A program made the position numbers and the translations under genes. Under the pieces are notes generated by a model that ran no database searches, was not told where the DNA came from, and was given only the letters and a program-made list of their open reading frames with translations. Positions 17,030 to 24,075 of a stretch of DNA of 24,770 bases are shown here, in pieces. The DNA comes from a virus (Duplodnaviria; Heunggongvirae; Uroviricota; Caudoviricetes): the IMG/VR virus record IMGVR_UViG_3300020426_000391, one strand, 5' to 3'. Position 1 is the stretch's first letter, and each line of letters begins with the position of its first letter.

Positions 17030-17268
17030 TTTTCGTCGTTCGACGAGCGGTATGCGGCATCGATCTGCCGCCGGGTGACGATGCCCTCGATCAGGAAGTC
17101 AGCCTGTTCGTCTCGCCGATCGAAGCGGACGATGATGTCGTCGATCAGCTCCTTGCGCGTCTCCTCGGAGAGATGCGGGATGTTCGATATGCTGTTGAGA
17201 CGTTGCCGGAACTCTTCCTTGTATGCCTCGTCGCCGAGTTTCTCGATGTATTTCGCGTTCTTGTTCAT
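17026..17268 (-). CDS. Small hypothetical helical protein, 80 aa
   Basis: SD AAGGCGG; charged helical sequence; ATGA overlap with the next gene. Confidence 0.7.
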   Translation of the reverse strand: MNKNAKYIEKLGDEAYKEEFRQRLNSISNIPHLSEETRKELIDDIIVRFDRRDEQADFLIEGIVTRRQIDAAYRSSNDEK

Positions 17269-17303
17269 TGCGACCGCCTTGATGTCCGTTGTCGATGCGA
17301 GAT

Positions 17304-17331
17304 CGCGGGGGAGCCGATCGGCTCCCCCGCG
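17304..17331. repeat. Perfect 28-bp palindrome
   Basis: CGCGGGGGAGCCGATCGGCTCCCCCGCG is its own reverse complement. It lies 6 nt after the ATPase stop and has no U-tract on either strand. Confidence 0.85.
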
Positions 17332-17337
17332 TGATGC

Positions 17338-18564
17338 TCACAGATCGATCTTGATCAGCGGGCCGTCCATGGCCTCGTCGCTGATCTCGGCCGAGTGCTT
17401 GGAGAAGTTCTTGCTGATGTCCTTCTCCGGCACGTTGTGCTCGCGAAGACGCTTGAGCATGACCTCGATGATCGCCGGCTTCATCTCCTGGAAGGGAAGC
17501 TTGTTCTTCGACTCCGGGAAGGCGTCCATCAGCATGGTGATGTCCTTGCCCGTCTCGACGTCCTTGGGATAGGCCATCATCGAATAGGTCAGCGCGTAGA
17601 GCTGCGAGATGTCCTTCGGCCACAGCTGGCTGAGATCCTTGCCCTTCTTCGCGGCCTCGATGATGTCGAACAGTGCGGTCATCTTCGTCACGATGTCGAA
17701 GGTGGCCATGAACTGCTTGGCGATGCCGGTGCCGACCTTGCCGGAGACCATGGTCTCGAGCGCGTCGCGCTTGGCGTCGTCGGTGTAGTCCGCCGGGTTC
17801 TGCATGATGGAGCGCTCCTGCACCGAGACGTGCTCCCAGCTGCGCGGATTTCCGTAGAGGTCCTGCTTGGCCTGCAGGGCCTCCTCGGTCATGCAGAACT
17901 GGCCCATGTTGTTCTTCAGGTAGGCGACGACCGTCGGCGTGATGTTGGCGCCGGGGGCGTAGTCGTGCATCCAGCTGGTGAAGTCGGCCACGATCCGCAT
18001 GGTGTTGAAGCGGGTCCGGGTGGCGTTGTCGAGCTCGAACACCATGGTTCCGGTCTCGGACTCGTTGCCGCCTGCCATGACCAGGCAGTTGTCAGGCAAC
18101 TGGCGACCGTTGAGTTCGCGATCGAGGAAGACCCCGAAGAGCGGCTTGCGAACGCGGTCGTCGGCCGAGGCGAGCTCGTCGAAGAAGAGGATCGTTCCGT
18201 CGTAGGGCTTGCCTTCCTCGTTCAGTCGTTCGTTGCCCTCGGAATCGAGCACCTTGCCGTCCGGACTGGGAAGCCAGTAGGGCGCGAACCAGTCGGTCGT
18301 GTGCGTTTCCATGTTGGGCATGCGGATGCCGCCGGCGTCGTCCGGGCTCATCTGGTTGGCGCGGATGTCTTCCATGTAGTAGTTGAGCGCCTTGGCGATG
18401 CGCTTCGCGATGGAGGACTTGCCGACGCCCGGCTCGCCCTCGAGATAGTGCGACTGGATGTGGACGGACTTGTCCTCCTTGCGCAGGCGCATGTTGCCCA
18501 GGAACATGTAGGTGATCTGGTTGATCGCCTTGCCGGGGACGATGTTGCGTGCGTTGATCGTCAT
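17338..18564 (-). CDS. MoxR-like AAA+ ATPase, 408 aa
   Basis: Walker A LEGEPGVGKS, Walker B ILFFDE, sensor-1 VMAGGN, arginine finger LDNATRTRF, NPRSWE. Confidence 0.9.
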   Translation of the reverse strand: MTINARNIVPGKAINQITYMFLGNMRLRKEDKSVHIQSHYLEGEPGVGKSSIAKRIAKALNYYMEDIRANQMSPDDAGGIRMPNMETHTTDWFAPYWLPSPDGKVLDSEGNERLNEEGKPYDGTILFFDELASADDRVRKPLFGVFLDRELNGRQLPDNCLVMAGGNESETGTMVFELDNATRTRFNTMRIVADFTSWMHDYAPGANITPTVVAYLKNNMGQFCMTEEALQAKQDLYGNPRSWEHVSVQERSIMQNPADYTDDAKRDALETMVSGKVGTGIAKQFMATFDIVTKMTALFDIIEAAKKGKDLSQLWPKDISQLYALTYSMMAYPKDVETGKDITMLMDAFPESKNKLPFQEMKPAIIEVMLKRLREHNVPEKDISKNFSKHSAEISDEAMDGPLIKIDL

Positions 18565-18618
18565 TCTTTTTTCCTTCCTGATGGAAATCCGTGTCTATTC
18601 GTTCGTGAGGCAGGCCGC

Positions 18619-20268
18619 TCAGGCGGCCTTCTTGATGCCTCCGCCCATGTAGTCCGGGAGATTGATGATCTCTCCGGTGCCTTCGAGTCCCTGCGAGGTT
18701 CCGCCCTGCGTGATCATCCAGATCAGCTTGAGACCCTCGGTGTTCTCAGGCGGGCTGAGATATCCGTCGGTCATGATGATGCAGGCGCGATAGGGCGTCC
18801 GCATCTCCTTGATCTCCTTGAAGACGTTGCCCATGACGGTGCCGCCGCCACCCGTGATGCCGTCTTCGAGCAGCTTCGAGAAGTCGCTCTTCGACTTGAT
18901 CTCGATCTTCTGCTGCACGTTGTGATCGAAGGTGACGACATCGACCGCGGCGTTCTTCATCTTGGCGATTGACCAGACCTCGGCGAAGCACTGGTTCAGC
19001 TCGCTGAGATGACTCCCGGAGACATCCAGGATCACGAGGACACGCGGACGTTCGGAAAAGATCGTCGTGCCCGGCTGATAGGGTGCCCTGCGGCGCATCG
19101 CGAGCGAGGCCCGGGTCGACGCACCGAAGCGCGTATAGCTGTCATCGAGCTTCGTCCCCAGTTCACGCGTGACGGTCTTGCGCAGGAAGTGATCCCACGG
19201 AATGACTGCTTCCGGCAGATCGTTCTCGAGTGCGAGAAGCATGTTGCCGGAGCCGATGCCCTGCATCTTGAGACCCTGGATGATCGCCTGGATCTTCCCG
19301 CGCGCCTCGTCGATCTCACCGTTCGCCTTGGCGATCAGGTCGTTGATGTTGGCGCCATTCTCCAGCAGTTCGCGGATCTCGTCGAGCGAATCGGCCAGAT
19401 CCCACGCCTCCTCGGTCCGCACGATGCGTTCGATCTGTGTCTCGTCCGAAGGGACGTCGGCCTCGCAGCCGCACTGGGAGCCGTCCTCGTCCTTCTGATC
19501 CTCCTGTCCGGAGCCCGATCCGCTGCCATCCTGTTCGGTGGCCTCGTTCTCCTTGTCGGACTGGCCCGAGCCTTGTCCTTCCTGTTCGCCCGGGTCACCC
19601 TCTCCGGATCCGGAACCGCCCTGCGTCTGACCGCGCTGGCCGCTCTGGCCCTTCTGGCCCTGGCCCTGACCCTGTTGGGCCTGCTGGGCCTTGTCCGCCT
19701 CGCGCTTGCGCTGCACCGCGCTGTGGGCCCACACGAGCCAGTCGTAGACGGTCTCCATCTGGAGATTGAGACGCGCTTCCTTGTCGTAGCCCTCAGGCGG
19801 CTTCTCGCCGGTGAAGTCGATCGCCTCCTTGATGATGCCGTGAATGGTCTTCATGGTGATGCCGGGGAAGTCCTTCGGCATCGCGATCTGGTTCGTCTTG
19901 GCCATCGTCTCCTCGTTGATGGCCTCGTTGATGATGGCATCTGCCGCATAGTTCGGCAACGGCTGGATGATCACGCCCTTCTGCAGGAGGAGCAGTTTCG
20001 TCCGGGTTGGGTGACGGAAGATGCCGTGCATCATCTCGTGGAGGAATATGTAGTTGCGACCGGACTGCTCGATCTCTTCGTACTTCTTCCCGTACCATAC
20101 GGTCGTGCCATCGGTGCAGGCGATCATGCCGGGGTCGTTCGCGATCTGCGCGGCGCGGTGTGCGCCTGCCTTCTTGTGCTGGAGCATGAAGGCCAGGCCG
20201 ACCATGTGAGGCATCCACAGCAGGATGGCCTTCTGCTCGCGACTCACGTCGTGTTCGAACTTGCTCAT
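18619..20268 (-). CDS. HExxH metallopeptidase + vWA-like domain protein (DUF2201-type), 549 aa
   Basis: ACTDG; FLHEMMHGIFRH; NYAADAIIN; Q/G/S/E-rich linker; C-terminal MIDAS-type ILDVSGS, GGGGT, MTDGY. Confidence 0.9.
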   Translation of the reverse strand: MSKFEHDVSREQKAILLWMPHMVGLAFMLQHKKAGAHRAAQIANDPGMIACTDGTTVWYGKKYEEIEQSGRNYIFLHEMMHGIFRHPTRTKLLLLQKGVIIQPLPNYAADAIINEAINEETMAKTNQIAMPKDFPGITMKTIHGIIKEAIDFTGEKPPEGYDKEARLNLQMETVYDWLVWAHSAVQRKREADKAQQAQQGQGQGQKGQSGQRGQTQGGSGSGEGDPGEQEGQGSGQSDKENEATEQDGSGSGSGQEDQKDEDGSQCGCEADVPSDETQIERIVRTEEAWDLADSLDEIRELLENGANINDLIAKANGEIDEARGKIQAIIQGLKMQGIGSGNMLLALENDLPEAVIPWDHFLRKTVTRELGTKLDDSYTRFGASTRASLAMRRRAPYQPGTTIFSERPRVLVILDVSGSHLSELNQCFAEVWSIAKMKNAAVDVVTFDHNVQQKIEIKSKSDFSKLLEDGITGGGGTVMGNVFKEIKEMRTPYRACIIMTDGYLSPPENTEGLKLIWMITQGGTSQGLEGTGEIINLPDYMGGGIKKAA

Positions 20269-20429
20269 GATTTTCCTTCTCTATCGCGTATTCGCGAACG
20301 ATGAATTCCAAGGGGGATTCTGGACGGTGCGGAGGCCGCTGTCACCCGTCCGTTTTCCCTTCATGGAAAAAAATTCACATGGATGTCATTTTTATGTTGC
20401 GTTATGATTCGGACCATCCTAAAAACACT

Positions 20430-20747
20430 TCTGAGGCCACGGAAGGCCCCTTCCTCCGGGAAGAGGTTCCTTCCTCCCTTCGGGGAGGGCCCCGCCGCTC
20501 CTTCGGGAGTTGCGAGGTTCCGGCAGCGTCTCCTTCGGGAGACGCCGATCCGAGGTCTTACGGTGACATGGGAGGATTCGCTTCCCCCTGCTGTCCACCG
20601 TGTCGGCCAGGCTGGTAGCCGCCGCCGACGTTCCGGCCCGAGGGCTTGCCCCGCGGACCGCGCGCCAGGCACGGCTCACGTCGCACTCGCTGCGGCAGGT
20701 CAGGTCAACGGAAGGCCCGATGCTTCGGCATCGGGCCTTCTTCGTTT
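20430..20747 (+). ncRNA. Candidate structured non-coding RNA, about 320 nt, family unknown (5' end approximate)
   Basis: Occupies the only large intergenic gap. Hairpins with C(UNCG)G loops at 20450-20463, 20473-20488, 20493-20514, 20526-20545 and 20711-20740; further stems at 20560-20601 and 20602-20629. G-U pairs form only on the plus strand. AT-rich 5' flank with TATGAT at 20403-20408. Confidence 0.55.
20711..20747 (+). terminator. Terminator-like hairpin (possibly also acting on the convergent minus-strand gene)
   Basis: Perfect 13-bp stem GAAGGCCCGATGC-TTCG-GCATCGGGCCTTC followed by TTCGTTT on the plus strand; abuts the stop codon of 20747..21631. Confidence 0.7.
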
Positions 20748-21631
20748 CAGGGTCCGGTGGGAATGTCTATCCTGCGCCTGACGGGTGCTCTGCCCCGATT
20801 GATCAGGAAGGTGATGGTTGAATCGGTGTTCCTGCGGCTCATGCCCCGGATGACCATCGATTCGTCCCGGTATCCGTCGATGTCCACGATCTCGTGCAGC
20901 GGTCTGCCGATGTAGACGTTCTCCTGCTTTAGGACCTCCGGCAGGCTGTCGACCTTGATCCGGATCTCGTCCCCGTCGATGGTGAGCGGATCAGTGCTGT
21001 GATTGGCGGTGATCGTGATGCCGCGTCGGACCGTGCCCGGGAGCTTCGACCATTCGAGACCGGTTTCTGCGATTGTCGTGATCGCACGTCTGATGACCTC
21101 CGTCCTCGTCCGTTCGTCTGCGTCATCGGCTATCTGCAGGTTGTCATCGATCCGATCGCACGAACCGGATATCAGGTGGATGGAGAGGGTGTCGGTCTCC
21201 ACTATGTCGATGTGCCACGGGATCATGCCCTTGAACCCGGCCTTCCTGATCAACTCGGCGAGCCGTTCGCCATGAAGCTTCTTCATGTGCATGTGGATGA
21301 CATGGGAATCGACATCCCGGAAGCGCTCCCATCGTGCGGGCAGGTCAAGGTCACGGGTCCAGTCCCTCAGCTGTGCCACCTGGTGATCATGGCCCGTCCT
21401 GTCCGTGCTGATGTCCAGCTTTCCATCGATTATGTCGAATATGACCGTGTGACCGGTCTCCGAGCGTTCGCATTGTCTCGGACCGATGCCGAGGAGGCCT
21501 GCGATCTCCTGGACCTCATCGGAAGTGATTGCCCGATCGGGTGCGGAGAGGATCTCCCCAAGCCTGTCGTAGATGATTGCCAACTCGTCGCGGTGTTCCG
21601 CGCGCCAGCTCTCGAGGATGGTCTCCATCAT
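20747..21631 (-). CDS. Hypothetical protein, shared C-terminal module family (member 11), 294 aa
   Basis: SD GAGGAGG with ATGA coupling. C-terminus IDGDEIRIKVDSLPEVLKQENVYIGRPLHEIVDIDG. Confidence 0.78.
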   Translation of the reverse strand: MMETILESWRAEHRDELAIIYDRLGEILSAPDRAITSDEVQEIAGLLGIGPRQCERSETGHTVIFDIIDGKLDISTDRTGHDHQVAQLRDWTRDLDLPARWERFRDVDSHVIHMHMKKLHGERLAELIRKAGFKGMIPWHIDIVETDTLSIHLISGSCDRIDDNLQIADDADERTRTEVIRRAITTIAETGLEWSKLPGTVRRGITITANHSTDPLTIDGDEIRIKVDSLPEVLKQENVYIGRPLHEIVDIDGYRDESMVIRGMSRRNTDSTITFLINRGRAPVRRRIDIPTGP

Positions 21632-22305
21632 TCCTCCTCCTGGTCCCAGTCTTCATCGTCCTCGTCCTCGTCTCCGATGAACTCCATCGTGAGACGGGCG
21701 ATGCGGCCATCGGGAGTCATTGTCTTCTTCAACTGGTATTCGCCGTCGCCCCATCCGGTATCCGTCACGAGGATGCGATCGCCGATCATGCCGATGCCGT
21801 CGTCATGGCACTTGCACAGCCCGTTGTAGCTGACCTTGAGATCGTCTTCGTCGATCTTCACCGGCTCCCATTCCCCGCTCGCGTTGAGCTGGTTCATGGT
21901 CTGCCCTCCCTCGGAGGGGATGGCAGCTTCGTAATGCGGGAAGTCGACACAGTATTGGAGCGTCCGGCCATCGGTCTTGTGACGGTAGACGCGGATGTTC
22001 TTGTATTCCTCTTCCTCCCATCGCGCGCAGAACTCGGCGGCATCCGCGAATACGAGCTGCGCGCTGTCGACTCCGAGCTCCTTTATGACCTCGGGTCGTC
22101 CGTCGTCCTCCTGGAAGAAGACGAGGCTGATGGAGGCGACCCTTCCTTCCTTCTCGGTGTGCTCGACGATCGCGGTATTGGGAACGCGGAGCTCGATGTA
22201 GTCCTCGTCGGGCGGATTGCCGGAGGCGATCGCGTCGATCTCGTTCCGATCGAAGTAGCAGGGGTCACCGATGAGGAGACGTCCGCTGGAGATGCACAGG
22301 ATCAT
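21628..22305 (-). CDS. DUF4241-like protein, about 225 aa
   Basis: SGRLLIGDPCY, GVDSAQLVFAD, TGWGDGEY. Start moved to 22305 (SD GGAGG). Confidence 0.7.
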   Translation of the reverse strand: MILCISSGRLLIGDPCYFDRNEIDAIASGNPPDEDYIELRVPNTAIVEHTEKEGRVASISLVFFQEDDGRPEVIKELGVDSAQLVFADAAEFCARWEEEEYKNIRVYRHKTDGRTLQYCVDFPHYEAAIPSEGGQTMNQLNASGEWEPVKIDEDDLKVSYNGLCKCHDDGIGMIGDRILVTDTGWGDGEYQLKKTMTPDGRIARLTMEFIGDEDEDDEDWDQEEE

Positions 22306-22330
22306 GAATTTTCCTCCACTTGAAATATCT

Positions 22331-22540
22331 TCAGACGAACATGTTAATCTGGTTGGGATCGCGCTTCGCTTCTGCGGCCGCTGCGCTGATGGCTGCATTG
22401 TTGCGTGCCATCTTGGCCTTCCCGGCCAGGCGCCTGAGCGCATCGGCGGTCCTCTCGTTCTCGTCGGTCCTGTCGGTGGTCTCGAGACCGGCCGCAGCGA
22501 GACGTGCCGCGAAGGCGGCTCCGGTGGTTGTGCTGCTCAT
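22331..22540 (-). CDS. Small Ala-rich hypothetical protein, 69 aa
   Basis: Purine-rich SD AAGGGAAAAAGG; fills the gap between co-oriented genes. Confidence 0.65.
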   Translation of the reverse strand: MSSTTTGAAFAARLAAAGLETTDRTDENERTADALRRLAGKAKMARNNAAISAAAAEAKRDPNQINMFV

Positions 22541-22583
22541 CCTTTTTCCCTTCTCTGCCGAAGTCCTGCTTCGGTCGTCGCCT

Positions 22584-22838
22584 TCACTCGTTTCCCAGAG
22601 CGGTGAACCTGTCGTCTTCGCTGGCGGGCCTCAGAAGGAGGCTCTTTTCATGGGGATGGACATGGAGCCAGGCGCGCAACGGTCCGCGTGGATCCTCGTA
22701 TGGCTGCTTCGTCTCGGCGTCCTGCGCAATGCCGAGATCCCTGTAGAGTCCACCCTTGCGGTGCTGATGCGTCGCTTCCGGTGCAAGGTCCTTCAGTTCT
22801 CGATGGCTCTTCCCGATCAGTTTCTCATGCGGCTTCAT
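22584..22838 (-). CDS. DUF1653-like small protein, about 84 aa
   Basis: THQHRKGGLYRDLGIAQDAET...LLRP...RF resembles the DUF1653 pattern (H.KG..Y...G.A..SET...W.RP...RF). SD GAAGGAAG before the ATG at 22838. Confidence 0.55.
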   Translation of the reverse strand: MKPHEKLIGKSHRELKDLAPEATHQHRKGGLYRDLGIAQDAETKQPYEDPRGPLRAWLHVHPHEKSLLLRPASEDDRFTALGNE

Positions 22839-24075
22839 ATCGGATTCTTCCTTCGTCCTTGAGCGATCCACGGATACCCTGACGGGCTCGCTTGACGGAT
22901 CTGATTATCATGTCGTCGGTTATGCGCGGGTGCTCCACGAACTCACGGAGACGCTTGCCGACCATGGCCTCCATGGTCGCATGTGGTATCTCGACCCTCG
23001 GCAATTCGAAGGTGGCGTTGAGAAGGCGCAGGATGCGTCTCTTGTCCTTCTCCACGATGAGTTCGCCCCCGATGACGCCATCCCGGATGACCAGCTTCTC
23101 GCGTGTCCTGAGGTCCCCGTTGGTATGCGTGCGCCATTTCGTGATCTTCCTGGGGTCGCGTCCGTTGTTCTCGAGGATGGCCTTTCCCAGGCTGGTGATG
23201 ATCGTTCCGCGCCCCTTTGCGAGAGCGTGTCGCTTGGCATGGAGCCTTATCTTGGTCTCGATCTCGCTCAAGGTTTCCTTGTTGGGCTGTGGCGCTTCCA
23301 GATGAGGATGGACCTCCATGGTGGCCAGGATGCAGTCGGAGAACGGCTCCAGCATGGAATCAAGGGTCTCGATCTCGATGAGGCCTTCGCGCCACGAGGG
23401 GAATCTGAAACCGTATGGAGGAAGTGGCGCATGGAGGTCGCGCATCTCCTCGATCTCACGGGTGAGGCGCTCCTTGGCGAGATCGATGGCGGCATCGGGG
23501 CTTCCGGGTATTCCTCTCTCCCGCATGATGATCCCCTCGGCCATGCGGTCGGCGGCATGACCTCCGTCCGCATGTGAGCGTGTCCTCACGGTAATGGTTA
23601 TCTGTCTTCCGTCCGGTTCCCATCCCTGAAGGCAGGCGAAGACCCTGCGGATGTTTCCGTGGACCTGGACTTCACGCAGGTGGATGCGTCTTCCTTCTTC
23701 GTGCCCCGGGGCGGCTCCGGGATCATGAAGGCCGATCTCGTTGCCGTATTCGACCTTCCAGCCCCTTTCCTCGAGGCGCCTCTTCCATATCGAGAGATCG
23801 TGCTCCTGCTCTTGGATTATCGAGCCGTCCGCGAGGATGTGGAGGCTCGCCTTCGCACCCCTTTCTCCGTAGGAGAGATGGTTCCCCTCCAGGATAACCT
23901 CCTCTCCTGCCAGATGCGCTCTCCCGCGGGCCAGCGGCTGGGAGAAGTCATGTTTCCTTATGAGGCAATGGAAGTCCCTGACGAGCGTTTCCGTAACGTG
24001 GTCCGAGTGCAGGAGGGCCTTCAGGACCTCCCTCGCCGTGGCGGATGTGCCGACGAGGGAGGAGTCCATGGTCAC
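22825..24075 (-). CDS. Hypothetical protein, shared C-terminal module family (member 12), 416 aa
   Basis: ATGA coupling. C-terminus LLNATFELPRVEIPHATMEAMVGKRLREFVEHPRITDDMII. Confidence 0.8.
   Translation of the reverse strand: MTMDSSLVGTSATAREVLKALLHSDHVTETLVRDFHCLIRKHDFSQPLARGRAHLAGEEVILEGNHLSYGERGAKASLHILADGSIIQEQEHDLSIWKRRLEERGWKVEYGNEIGLHDPGAAPGHEEGRRIHLREVQVHGNIRRVFACLQGWEPDGRQITITVRTRSHADGGHAADRMAEGIIMRERGIPGSPDAAIDLAKERLTREIEEMRDLHAPLPPYGFRFPSWREGLIEIETLDSMLEPFSDCILATMEVHPHLEAPQPNKETLSEIETKIRLHAKRHALAKGRGTIITSLGKAILENNGRDPRKITKWRTHTNGDLRTREKLVIRDGVIGGELIVEKDKRRILRLLNATFELPRVEIPHATMEAMVGKRLREFVEHPRITDDMIIRSVKRARQGIRGSLKDEGRIRYEAA

Noticed and set aside
18612-18629. Small hairpins at gene ends (AGGCCGC/GCGGCCT here; GCCGAAG/CTTCGGT at about 22557-22575)
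   Set aside because: Short stems without U-tracts, expected by chance at this GC content; not called as terminators.
19620-19700. Short tandem-like repeats (CTGGCC/CTGACC units); also the Pro-Thr repeat at about 8840-8880
   Set aside because: They encode low-complexity QG and PT linkers; there is no constant repeat with unique spacers, so not CRISPR or iterons.
20553-20592. Minus-strand GGGGGAAGCGAATCC...CACCGTAAGACCT resembling cobalamin-riboswitch pieces
   Set aside because: The conserved elements (B12 box, GCCCCCGC, terminal CCAGxAGACCUGCC) are missing or out of order, and the downstream genes are not B12-related.
20679-20686. GTGCGACG followed by GAGCCGTG on the minus strand, resembling a group II intron 5' end and domain V start
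   Set aside because: No domain V stem with catalytic triad and bulge, wrong order and spacing, no RT ORF, and G-U pairs favour the other strand.
20699-20715. GTCAGGTCAACGGAAGG resembling SRP RNA helix 8
   Set aside because: Lacks the GNRA loop and AGCAG partner strand; the GAAGG is part of the terminator stem.
18619-20747. Ro60/TROVE-vWA plus Y RNA system, or a VMAP ternary conflict system
   Set aside because: The vWA protein has an HExxH peptidase N-terminus rather than TROVE; the GGTTCC linkers do not form T-arms; no VMAP-like third gene is adjacent.
20301-20781. Short ORFs on both strands across the large intergenic gap
   Set aside because: No SD sites, low-complexity translations, and the sequence is better explained by hairpin structure.
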